Notes: generated by a model from the letters alone, not told the origin. Numbered from the stretch's first letter, positions 11,121-22,047 are shown. The stretch: 64,000 nt of DNA from Leptogorgia sarmentosa (GCA_964658305.1 OZ210885.1:15624001-15688000); one strand, 5' to 3'. Program-made: numbers and translations.

Positions 11121-14100
11121 AAAATTCGGCACAGAAAAAGCTCCATCCTTTATTCTAAAAACTGGGACGATGTCGGCAGTAAGTGACAGTTTGTGGGTTG
11201 AGGGACGTATCCAAGAGGTTTTATGTCGATGCGTTATAGATACGGGTTCAAACATTACTATAGTGCGACCGGATATCCCAAACAAAATGGGAACACAAGT
11301 TGAGATAAATCCTGTAGACAGTTGTTTGAAAACAGTGACTGGAGAAACTGCTCCTGTGATTGGAAGAGCAAGACTTCGATTCAGAATAGGAACGTTTGAA
11401 GCATGGCAAGAGGCGTGGGTGGCAGAAATTACCGATCCATGTATCGTTGGGTTAGACTTCTTAGTCGGGCATCATCGTCAAGTTGACATTGCTGGAGCTA
11501 CGTTAAAAGTTGAAGGACAATCAATTCCCTTATTCCGCACGTCGGAAGGAAATCGGCCTCGGTGTTGTAGAGTTATAGCGACCGAGAACGTAGTTATACC
11601 TCCTCGAAGCGAATCCATTGTCCTTGGAACCTTAACGGAAGAAGTTTCATCACCATGGGGAAGTGTGGAAGCTAAATCGGTCAACACCCCGTCTGATTTT
11701 CTTGTGGCTGGGACATTGGTAAACTTACGAAGTCCTACATTGCCGGTGAGAGTAATGAATTTATCCGATAACAGTAGACGCATCAAGAAGGGAAAACATT
11801 TGGCCAACTTTGAGCCTGTCGAATACGTCTTGGATGAAGAGTTGGAATGTAAGCAAACGATCGCAGAAGGTAGGGAAGCGAATGAAGTTCCCGTGCATCT
11901 TATTGACTTGTTTGAGCGCAGCAAAAGTACCCTTAATGAGGAACAATGCCAACACTTGAAGAAACTATGAATATCAAGACGTATTCTTGCGAGACAAAAA
12001 CGATTTGGGTCGTACTGGGTTAACTAAACACAAGATTGATGTAGTCGGCAGTGAGCCAATCCGTCAACCAGCGAGAATTCCACCTCTTAGTAAACGTCAA
12101 GAAAGTGCGGAGGCAATTGAAGAAATGAGTCAACAGGGAATAATTGAACCTTCGAGAAGTCCTTGGGCCTCTCCGGTAGTACTGGTAAAGAAGAAGGACG
12201 GAAGTATGAGGTTCTGTGTTGATTACCGCAAATTGAATGCTGTCACGAAGAAGGATTCGTATCCTTTGCCCAGAGTTGATACAAGTTTACACTCATTCTT
12301 TGGCTCTACGTGGTTTTCTACGCTGGATCTAAAAAGCGGATACTGGCAGGTGGAAATGGAGAAAGCAGACAAAGAAAAGACAGCCTTTACGACGGGGGAA
12401 GGGCTTTGGCAATTCGTAGTAATGCCATTCCGACTGAGTAATGCGCCTGCAACCTTCGAAAGACTAATGGAACAAGTGTTAGTCGGTCTTCCATGGTCAG
12501 TTTGTCTTCGAGGAAGAGCTTGATCGTATGCGAGCAGTTTTTGATCGTTTACATGAAGCCAATTTGAAGCTTAATCCCAAGAAGTGTTATCTTTTCCAGA
12601 TTGAAGTTAGTTACTTGGGGTACAAAATTGGACGGAACGGGATAATGACTGATCCTAGCAAGATTGAAGCTATTCACTCATGGCCTGTACCACGAAATGT
12701 CGCGGAAGTAAGAAGTTTTTTGGGATTATGCTCATATTACCGTAGATTTGTTAAGTCGTTTGCCGATAAAGCTCAGCCACTGAATCGACTTTTGACAAAA
12801 GGAGTTCCATTCGAATGGACTGAAGAATGTCAATCTTCGTGGGAAACATTAAAGCAGTGTTTAACAGCAACGCCAGTATTGTCTTACCCGTGTCCTCAAG
12901 GAGATTTTATTTTGGATACCGATGCTTCTAACGTTGGAATCGGAGCAGTACTCTCACAAACGCAGGACGGTGAGGAACGAGTCATAGGATATTACAGTCG
13001 TACCTTGAATAAAGCCGAACGGAACTATTGTGCGACGAGGAAAGAATTGCTTGGTGCTGTTGTAGCGATAAAACATTTTCACTACTTTTTGTATGGGCGG
13101 CATTTGTAGTGAGGACTGACCACTCAGCGTTACAGTGGTTGGTGAATTTCAGGGATGTGCAGGGACAATTGGCACGGTGGTTAGAAAATCTCCAGCAGTA
13201 TGACTTTACTATAGTACATCGGGCTGGTAGAAGCCATGCTAATGCGGATGCCCTGTCCAGAAGACCATGCGTAAGACATAATTGCCAATATTGCCAGAAG
13301 TTGGAAGATGCTTCTATGTTACCTGATCATGAATTGTGTTCGTCGGAAAGCGAGTATTCCGAGGAAGAGTTGTCACGTTTGGTAACACTAACGCCTCAGA
13401 TCGAGCTTTCATCTGGGAGTAACTTTGTTCCAGTGAAGATCAAAGAATTACAACAAAAAGACCTTGACGTTGGACCAATATTGTGTTGGTTAAAAAAAGA
13501 TTCAAATCGTCCCGAGTGGTCGGTTGTGGCACCGTATGGCAAGGTGACAAAGATTCTTTGGGTACAATGGGATAGTCTGTGCATTCGTGATGGGTGTGTC
13601 TATCGGTTGTGGGAAGGTATTACACCTTCTAGTTCCCATTATCAACTTGTTGTTCCAAACGAATTGCGAAGTGAAGTTTTGAAAGAACTTCACGGAACCC
13701 AAGCAACTGGACATTTTGGAGTTAACAAAACGATTCAACGAGTTAAACAACGATTCTACTGGCCACAATGTCAGACGGATGTAAAAGAATTCATAAAACA
13801 ATGTGATGGGAGTTCATCAAGGAAAGGCCCGCCTAGGAAACCGAAAGCTCCGCTTCAGTTGTATACAGTGGGTGCTCCGATGGAACGAATTGCCATTGAT
13901 ATTATGGGACCTTTGCCTGTTTCAGAAAATGGTAACCGATATTTACTCGTTACCATGGATTATTTTTCCAAGTGGCCTGAAGTTTATCCGATACCGAATC
14001 AAGAAGCTAGAACTGTAGCAAATGCCTTAGTTCGAGAATTCTTTTGCAGATTTGGAATACCGAAGGAGTTGCATTCGGACCAAGGTCGAAATTTTGAGTC

Positions 14101-14827
14101 GAATCTACTGAAGGAAGTGTGCGCGATTCTGGGTATTCGCAAAACTAGGACGACCCCATACCATCCCCAGTCAGATGGAATGGTAGAACGATTTAATCGT
14201 ACACTGGCAGCGCAGTTATCATTATTTATCAACGAAAACCAAACAGATTGGGATGAACATCTGTCAACCGTTCTACTAGCGTATCGGACAGCAGTGCACA
14301 AGTCAACTGGACAAACCCCAGCCAAATTAATGATGGGACATGAATTACGACTTCCTGTTGATTTAATATTTGGAAGGCCGCCAGACGAAAACACCGAATG
14401 TGAAACAGACTATGGCAAAGCTCTGAGTGACAGCTTGGAACGTGCTCATCAGTTCGCTCGAAGTCAAATTTTCAAATCTGGGCACAAAATGAAAATTCGA
14501 TATGATGTTGATGCGTCCAGTAGTCAGTTCGAAAAAGGAAACGAGGTGTGGCTCTATACTCCGCAGAAAAAACGTGGACTGTCCCCAAAGTTACAGCGAT
14601 ATTGGAAGGGCCCCTATTCTGTAGTGAAACGAATCAATGATCTAGTGTATAAAATCCAACTTGGACCACGGTCTAAACCAATCATCGTACATCGGAATCG
14701 ATTATGGAAGTATAGCGGTAACAAACGTCGAACATGGCTGGAATATTCGAGAGAAAAGCCGGAAAGCTCTGAAAGGGAACGCATGCCCCGAACGAGTGGA
14801 AGAGATCGCCGACCACCTGAAGGTTGA
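11086..14827 (+). pseudogene. pol: Gypsy Pol (protease, RT, RNase H, integrase), frameshifted
   Basis: IDTGS; SPWASPVVLVKKKDGSMRFCVDYRKLN; LDLKSGYWQ; LDTDAS; TDHSAL; GHFG; IDIMGP; HSDQGRNFES; SDGMVER; WKGPY. Several frameshifts; YxDD segment missing. Confidence 0.95.
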
Positions 14828-14876
14828 ACTTCTAGACCCCTTTGAGGACAAAGACATATTTACGGGGGGGGGGTGA

Positions 14877-15049
14877 TGTAATATGGCGTGCCTAATTTAT
14901 GTAAATACCTTAATTAATATGTAAAGATTACTGTATATATAGGACTCGAGGTGTGCAATAAAGTGTTGTTTTTCCGTGTGTGATAAATTGCTGTTGCTGG
15001 TGTGCTGGTCCTAAAGTTCTGAGCTAGGAAATAAATAGGAGATCTAACA
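14877..15049 (+). repeat. 3' LTR
   Basis: TGTAATATGG...GATCTAACA, preceded by a poly-G PPT. Confidence 0.97.
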
Positions 15050-15198
15050 GTATCTTGACTCATTAACCATTTTCTAATTTTACCATGTGATATGTCAAAC
15101 TTTCCATCCTTTTTTACATCATTGTACAAACGATCTACCCCTCCATGCCTCTCGGATCATTTTGGGTTATAGTAAACACTAGATAAGTATTCCTCCAT
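15050..15198 (-). pseudogene. Polinton integrase N-terminus
   Basis: MEEYLSSVYYNPK*...GGVDRLYNDVKK...IRKWLMSQD, contiguous with 8051 once the Gypsy is removed. Confidence 0.88.
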
Positions 15199-15484
15199 CA
15201 CTTTTTTTAAAATGAGAAAACATAAAATGCTAGTCCTCTTTTATGGTAAAGGGTGTAGGCTCCTCCTCAATGGTAGGTAATTTGGCAACTGGTAAATACT
15301 TTTTTCTTGTTTTTCCATGATACTCAGTCTTGAGACAACCCTCAATATTTGTATCCCCCCGATGCATAGTCACACCTAACTTACACATTTGTTTTTTATC
15401 AATATCTTTATTTATACTACTTTGCGCTACCCATGTTTACAGTGTAAATAATCGCTATCATCTAAAAATAGTTTTACATGCTTT

Positions 15485-15754
15485 TCACTTAAGTATTATC
15501 ATTCCCACATAAGAACCAACAAAATCTTGATACTCCATAATGTACCCATGCGCGAGACATGCACCCCATATTTTCTTGATGATTGGCCTCTCTGTAATTA
15601 TTCCATATCGTTCCATTTCCCTTTTCATCTCGTGCATTTCTTCCTCCGAAAAATCCCCACACAGTTTAGAGTAAAAATCCGATGTATAAACATTGACACG
15701 TGCGAGGGTGCGATGGTAATAAATGCAACGAAAGTCCAGTTCAAGTATCGTCAT
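15485..15754 (-). CDS. Polinton small orphan protein, paralogue 1
   Basis: Shares ELDF...F...LC...KKIW.AC..HGYI with the two neighbouring ORFs. Confidence 0.8.
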   Translation of the reverse strand: MTILELDFRCIYYHRTLARVNVYTSDFYSKLCGDFSEEEMHEMKREMERYGIITERPIIKKIWGACLAHGYIMEYQDFVGSYVGMIILK

Positions 15755-15821
15755 GTTTACTGTATGAATGAACAACTACATTTAAAATAGTTTTTACGTG
15801 CATTCCCTTAAGTCTGTCATT

Positions 15822-16085
15822 TCAGGAGAATAGCGTTATTCTGTTTACTTGAGACCCCAAATAATTTTTACGACGTGAAATATAACCATGTTTAATGCAA
15901 GCATCCCAGATTTTCTTAATAATTGGTTTGTACACAATAACGTCATCAGCAATTTGAATATTCATCTCTTTCATTTCTTTTTCCGTAATTTCTGCACATA
16001 ATTCACTGTAAAACTTCCATGCGTAAATATTGACATGTATCAAACTACGTCGATTATGAAAAAAGTCCAACTCAATTCGTGTCAT
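15822..16085 (-). CDS. Polinton small orphan protein, paralogue 2
   Basis: MTRIELDF...FYSELC...IIKKIWDACIKHGYI. Confidence 0.8.
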   Translation of the reverse strand: MTRIELDFFHNRRSLIHVNIYAWKFYSELCAEITEKEMKEMNIQIADDVIVYKPIIKKIWDACIKHGYISRRKNYLGSQVNRITLFS

Positions 16086-16132
16086 TGTAAAAATGATCTC
16101 TCATACTAAAACAGTTTTACTTATATTGGAAC

Positions 16133-16393
16133 TTAAATCCTAATTATCAACCTGTCAGGCCAAACATCACAAGCTTGTTTAATGTATCCATGTTTAATAC
16201 AACCGTTCCAGATTTTCTTAACAACCACCTTGTTTGTATATATCTCATCCTCTGTTTCCTCGTCTATGATACACTCATCATCCAACTCTTCATTTGAAAT
16301 TCTATCACACACTTTGTTGTTAAAATGTACTCTACATATATTAATACTCAACATAAACTGTCCTTCAAAATAAAAATCCAAGTCAATTGTCAT
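16133..16393 (-). CDS. Polinton small orphan protein, paralogue 3
   Basis: MTIDLDF...FNNKVC...VVKKIWNGCIKHGYI. Confidence 0.8.
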   Translation of the reverse strand: MTIDLDFYFEGQFMLSINICRVHFNNKVCDRISNEELDDECIIDEETEDEIYTNKVVVKKIWNGCIKHGYIKQACDVWPDRLIIRI

Positions 16394-17398
16394 TGTGACA
16401 ATCTGTAGTAAAATGAATAGCTATACTAAAAGCAGTTTTACTTATACTATAAAACCACCCATTTTCGTAACACTTCCTTTATTTACATTCTACTCGCAAT
16501 GAAGAGAGGATATCCTTACACGAGTGGTAATCTTAATTTTGGTTACGAATATGATTACAAACCAAAAAGTTCCAAAAGCGATGGTGGTGGGGGGAGTGGT
16601 ACTCCAGGACCACAAGGACCCCCTGGACCTGCGGGACCTACAGGGCCTACTGGTGCTGCAGGATCTCAAGGATTACCTGGAGTCATAGGACCTCCGGGGC
16701 CTCCCAGGGCACAAGGGCAGCAAGGACCCCCCAGACATAAAGGAGATAAAGGAAACGATGGTGCACGGGTTCCCAGGGACCACAAGGACCGCGAGGGTTG
16801 CAAGGACTAAAAGGAGACACAGGAGATATCGGATCCACAGGGCATGCAGGAAACGCAGGACCTATTGGAAACACCGGACCCATGGGACCTACAGGGCCTA
16901 CAGGACCACAAGGACAGAAAGGAGATAAAGGAGATGTTGGTGATTTCGACGCCGCCACAAAAAAGCAGCTTATTTTGGTGAATAAAAACTTTGGACAAAT
17001 AACGTACCCACACGCTTTTCAAACCTTCGAATTTGAGGATTCAGGTAAAGATGCCCCTTACAATGGACATCGAGGAATAAATCTCGTTGTAACGAAAAGT
17101 GCCACAAGCGAAACAGTTCCAATTTTGGGTTCTCGTGCTCCTATTAAAATAACCCAAAACTCAAACCCCGTACAAGACAAAACAGGAATCTCCATTGTTA
17201 CAAATTACTCTCAAGCGGAGTCATACAGAGTAATATTTGCTATCCATGATCACATCAACAGCAGAGTGGCAAAAACCGTAGTCATGTTCACACAACACAT
17301 CACCACAATGGAAAAACGTACGAATACTATTTGGGAAGAGTTGACAAAAACGCAAATCCTACCGCTAACCCTAAATCACAATTTGTTTTTAGTGCAAA

Positions 17399-18682
17399 GT
17401 TTAACTTTGCAGTATTGTGATGAGGGGCAAAATTTCACATCAGTCATTCAGCGATTCAGGCATTCATAGTGTAAACTCCGGGGGGAGCATCCCAAATTCT
17501 CCTGATATGCGAAACTCTGCAGTTGACTGATATCCTGGGAATGTTTGAACAAAAATGATTCGATTGCAGTTATATGTCATTGCTCATCATTATTTGCAGT
17601 TGTTCTCATCGACACGAAAGTTAGTTAGATGAGAAATGTGATCAAAGAAGCGCACAAATACACTACACAATGGCGGAAGCCCCTCCGGAATTTAAGTTTT
17701 TGCAAAAATTGCAACTCAGCACATGTCTGGGGAATGAAATTACACAATATGGCGGACGCTAAGAGTGCGACCGTGAATCAGTAATTCACTATGATGATAA
17801 TATGTGGCCAGCATGTCTGAATACGTTGATAAAGCAGTTGTAATGATGTTTATATATCAGCAATGTATCTAGAGATTTGAATTTGTTATCATTATTGGTA
17901 GAAAACTTGTATTTGGCTTGTCATGCACAATTTAAAATAGCTACTGTTAACTGCCGCCGTGCGTATTATATTAAAACATTTAGTTGGCCGACATTGCCAT
18001 CGCAATTCGCAAATAGCAGGCAAACTCAGATGTGTAACACAGTAGAACTCGTCACAACAACATAGCCATAATCTTAAATCGTATTTAGTAATTATGGTTG
18101 ATGATAGCCAACTTATTTGCGAGCTTTCGCATTTATAGCTTTCGTGTTTGTTTTCGGCGTCTTCGACTCTTCCCGTCTTCCGGCCTCGCAAATGTTTGTT
18201 TACCAGACATACCGGGGATTTACAGAATTTTCGATACTAAAAGAACTAAACCATATACAGGCATACAAAAGTAAATTTAACGTTGGCCTGATATTGTGAA
18301 TAAACTGGAGATTTTATTACGACGCAGAAGTATCAGTACGATGTGTATGTATTTTAAAACGGTCAGAGGTCAGAGATTTATCTGATTTGCTTTTAACACG
18401 CGCGCTGCTGCGACTGCCAGTTGCTTTCCGATAATAAAATAGTGATTATTTTCCAAATATGATTTTAATGTCTTCTTAGCCCGTTTCAAACGTGGAATTT
18501 TGGTGTAATTGCATTTGATGCGACCAAAATTCGACGTATGAAACGGGCCTTAGAAACTTTGCACTATCCTTGGATCCCTAGTTGAAATTTTGTACACATC
18601 TGCCGACTTACCTGAAAAAAACATGGCAATAAGCGTTTACGGGGGATTTACATTTCTACAGTTATCCGCTGCAAATTATTCC
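17399..18682. mobile_element. Unclassified non-coding insertion with 8-bp TSD
   Basis: AGTGCAAA at 17391-17398 and 18683-18690; weak TIR (GTTTAACTTTGCAG vs GGAATAATTTGCAG); excision restores the fibre ORF. Confidence 0.8.
18479..18549. mobile_element. 71-bp fold-back mini-MITE (PIF/Harbinger-like)
   Basis: GCCCGTTTCAAACGTGGAATTTTGGT...ACCAAAATTCGACGTATGAAACGGGCC, flanked by TTA on both sides. Confidence 0.7.
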
Positions 18683-19478
18683 AGTGCAAATCTCAGACAA
18701 ACTTCATTTTCCGTATCACAAAGACTTTGAAAGGCAGAAATTCAAAAGTATCGTGAGAGGAAACACTCTTCTCGCCGGATTCGAGCAATCAGATGGAACT
18801 ATTCTCGCTAATGACAAATTGAGAATAGCAACAGTAAACCTACTAACTTCTGCTCAACTACATATGGCAAAAACTGTATTGGAGTATATCACAAACGCAT
18901 ACAGTAATACTATAATGTGCACTTTATTTATGACATCACCATCGCAAACAACCTCGACATGGTGTCACCCTAAAGAACCTGTCACTGGATACCCCGAACC
19001 AACCTTCCCGTTAGTAAGCACAGATCCATTACGTATAACATTACTAACGCATGCATTCGATGATGATAACAATATTGGTAATGATTTGGAATTGGAATAC
19101 CGCCTACTTTTGTACACATCCGGTACAAACACACAAACAGACAACAGAACAGCAGCTACCCTGGGTACAAAAAAATACAAGGACAAGAAACGATCCGAGA
19201 AAAAATTCCTCCTCAACCACCTATTTGAATATAACCCCCCAAAGACAGGGGCCTATATCTGTTACACCATGCAATTTAGACAAATAAAACCCACAACAGC
19301 AATTGGTAATGAGTCAAATATTATATTTAACCCTGTACAATTACCCGAATTATTGGGAATTCAATAAAATGTTTAAAAACATTTTATGTGTTTACAATGT
19401 TTTACTTGAATGTCTTAAAGGTGTAACCCCGTACTTTGACCCTAGACCTTTGTGCTACCATAAATCGTAGTTATCCTG

Positions 19479-20162
19479 TCAATTAAGAACCCCAACATCG
19501 TCAGTCAAAGTTTTCATATCTTCAGACATATCTTTCACTCCGTGAAAAACACGCCCCATCAACTTTAACATCTGTACACCCAATATCTTTTTAGCCCCTC
19601 TTGTCATATGGGTTTTGTTCTGGTTTCCCTCCTCTGCTTGTGATGTACTCGGTTGTGGTGTCCGTTGAGGTGGTGCTACATTTTGTGGTGGTTCAGCTAA
19701 CTTGCTTTGTGGTGGAGGGTTCACTTTTTGTATAAACTTGTTTATACAAACTTGTGAATAGTGTGCGTTCTGCATCAATGCCATCAAATACTCTCGCAAT
19801 TCCTTTGTAAAATTACTGCCACCCATACTGTGTGTCTCTACTGAATGGATCAAAGCATCAAGAACACGTTTGGTTGGTGTACTTTTTGAAACTATAAAAG
19901 ATTTCTTAGTATCCCCCGTTTCAGCATTATTCTTAATTGCTTTCTGTTTCACTCTTTTCATGTGCGAGCGCAACAGTGTTGCGGAAAAATCCTTATTTCC
20001 TTGCCACCAAATATACAAAATGATCGGGGTGTCCTCTTGTTCGTTTTTAGTTTTGATTGTAATCCATGGGTGTCTTTCACTTTTCTTCATCATATAGGGT
20101 AATAGCATACATTCCCACACATGTTCACTCACATTTACAACAACACACCTGGAAAAATCCAT
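19479..20162 (-). CDS. Polinton subterminal hypothetical protein (227 aa from MDFSRC)
   Basis: Uninterrupted ORF convergent with the fibre gene; TATTTAAA and TCATT upstream of the ATG; no domain recognised. Confidence 0.65.
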   Translation of the reverse strand: MDFSRCVVVNVSEHVWECMLLPYMMKKSERHPWITIKTKNEQEDTPIILYIWWQGNKDFSATLLRSHMKRVKQKAIKNNAETGDTKKSFIVSKSTPTKRVLDALIHSVETHSMGGSNFTKELREYLMALMQNAHYSQVCINKFIQKVNPPPQSKLAEPPQNVAPPQRTPQPSTSQAEEGNQNKTHMTRGAKKILGVQMLKLMGRVFHGVKDMSEDMKTLTDDVGVLN

Positions 20163-20221
20163 TATGTGAAATGAAATAAAACTAATATGCACCACGGGTT
20201 TAAATACAGTAAACCCCACAA

Positions 20222-20317
20222 GTAAAAACCGCACGTAAAAACCGCACGTAAAAACCGCACGTAAAAACCGCACGTAAAAACCGCACGTAAAAACCGCACG
20301 TAAAAACACACGTAAAA
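20222..20317. repeat. 13-bp tandem repeat (GTAAAAACCGCAC) x ~7
   Basis: Six perfect units plus one degenerate unit. Confidence 0.95.
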
Positions 20318-20465
20318 TTATGTATTTTTAAACTAAATTTACATACAAAAACCCGATTTTTATTTAAAAACATTGTAAATTATGTATTGTTAACTAAATT
20401 TACATACAAAAAACAGATTTTTATTTAAAAACATCGTAAATTATGTATTTTTAACTAAATTTACA
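20312..20465. repeat. ~60-bp AT-rich tandem repeat x ~2.5 (Polinton subterminal)
   Basis: GTAAATTATGTATT..AACTAAATTTACA recurs three times. Confidence 0.85.
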
Positions 20466-20684
20466 CACATCCCCACGTTCCCCACGCAATATCCCCCGCG
20501 CGTCCACCACGCTCCTCGCGCGATATCCCCACGCAATATCCCCCACACTCCCACGCGACATCCCCACGCACACAGCACGTGATCCCACGCGTGTATCAAA
20601 GATCCAGCACCTCGCGAGGGGAACCCAGAGCGTGGCCGTGGAGAGGACTGGGGGAAGGCGCTGGATCCTTGGTTAAGTACTACT
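20466..20684. repeat. Polinton terminal (TIR-like) region
   Basis: GC-rich CCCCACG repeats, ending ...GGTTAAGTACTACT; partner TIR not in window. Confidence 0.65.
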
Positions 20685-20930
20685 GTAATACCATTGCAGA
20701 TTTTCACAGGTGTTTGCAGAAAGAAACTCAGCTACGTCTTCATCGGTAAATAAATCGTATGATTTTCGACAAATGTCCGATTTATCACCTTCTAACTTAA
20801 CCCATCTTTTTCGGCAACTTATAAATTTTAATAAATGCGGGCCAGTGACTTGTGTGAGAGGTTGTGATAGTGATACATTGTCAAAATGAATAAAACATCT
20901 GCATAACTTTAAATTTATAATGTTGGTCAT
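20685..20930 (-). pseudogene. Unidentified ORF fragment cut by the Polinton terminus
   Basis: MTNIINLKLCRCFIHF...NLQWYY ends exactly at the Polinton end; a diverged ~140-bp duplicate of its 5' part follows at ~20940-21075. Confidence 0.4.
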
Positions 20931-22047
20931 TCTTTTTCTTAACCCACCTTTTTCAGCAACTTATATACTTTAATAAACGCTGGCGGGTAACTGTGTGAGA
21001 GCTTGTAATTGTCAAAATGAATAAAACATGACAAAAAAACACCTACACAAATCTAAATTTATAATGTCAGTCATTTAGCAAAACAGGAAACCCCCTGATC
21101 CAGGATACCGCGTTGCCTGATCGCAGGCAAAAGTTCATGTTGCCTAGGTGATAACATGAAGAATGGTCGGCACTAGATCATGGTTAACGTACGTACATAT
21201 CCGCGACTGCTGTACATTCACGTCAGCGGTGTTCTTCAAACTAGAAGTGTCATAAAACGACTATGTTAGTGAATTAAAAACTCACAAACTACCTGTTCAT
21301 TCTAATTACATCATTACATCTGGTCATCATGGTGCGAAAATATTGTGTATTGAATTAGTGTCTAGTGGTAAGTGTTAAGTAAGTAATACTATTTAACAAT
21401 TAGTATCATGTTTTGAAATTAAAAATTTTGACTTAATTCTAGACAAATGAATTCAAATCAATATTGCCTGTATTAATTATGTGTATGAGAAATGTTGCTT
21501 ATTATACAAAGGCTACACAGGGTAGTAAAACATCTTGTTGACTAATCAGTTTATGAAATGATTAAGTCTTAAAAGATAAACTTTATCAGTTTAGGAAGTC
21601 ATGCAAATGAATGATACCATTATCATCTGACAATATGGTACAACCAGACTCACACAGTATATGCACTTTGCTCATGCACATGGAACTAGACCAAAATTTA
21701 GCAATAAACTCTAGGTAAAAGTAAGAGCTTTGGAAAGAAATTTCATTCTGTTGACCAAAATCCTGCTATTCCATCCTCAAATGGATATGTCCCCAAATCA
21801 GTCAAGTTTACACTCTGCATTGCACAATTTACTGACTAGGTAACAAGCTAGAGATTTCGAAGAAGTTATTTTGATGTGCTATTCAATTTAATATTTTTGT
21901 CAAGAAAATAATAATTTTGTTACTTGCTATTATTATCATACTACTAGTACACATTTATCTATGCATTTACAATGTCTACAATATATATGTATAAACATCT
22001 ATCCTATACATATACATATAAATTATTTACAAAAAATATATTTACAA

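Larger units (their letters stand above)
8052..15049 (+). mobile_element. Ty3/Gypsy LTR retrotransposon, full length
   Basis: 173-bp TG...CA LTRs, 4-bp TSD GTAT (8048-8051 and 15050-15053), PBS, G-rich PPT (14864-14873), gag-PR-RT-RH-IN order. Excision restores the Polinton integrase (MSQDT|YTLH). Confidence 0.97.
16499..19367 (+). pseudogene. Collagen-like (Gly-X-Y) putative virion fibre protein of the Polinton; frameshifted and interrupted
   Basis: Intronless Gly-X-Y run of roughly 35-40 triplets with a 1-bp frameshift near 16769, then a long non-collagen domain. The frame is restored (LFLVQ|ISDKLH) when 17399-18690 is removed; ends in AATAAA. Confidence 0.78.
6074..20684 (-). mobile_element. 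Polinton/Maverick (adintovirus-like) endogenous element, right-hand portion
   Basis: Polinton-type integrase with chromodomain, penton-like gene, QxGxGxGG core-protein gene and collagen-like gene. Subterminal tandem repeats and terminus ...AGTACTACT (reverse complement AGTAGTACT). pPolB, ATPase, major capsid and protease are not in the window. Confidence 0.88.

Noticed and set aside
16499..16950. Host collagen gene
   Set aside because: Intronless, no signal peptide, short Gly-X-Y run, and embedded among Polinton genes.
20163..20309. N-terminal extension of the 276-aa ORF (MFLRAVFTCGFYVR repeats)
   Set aside because: Translation of the 13-bp tandem repeat; the plausible start is MDFSRC at 20162.
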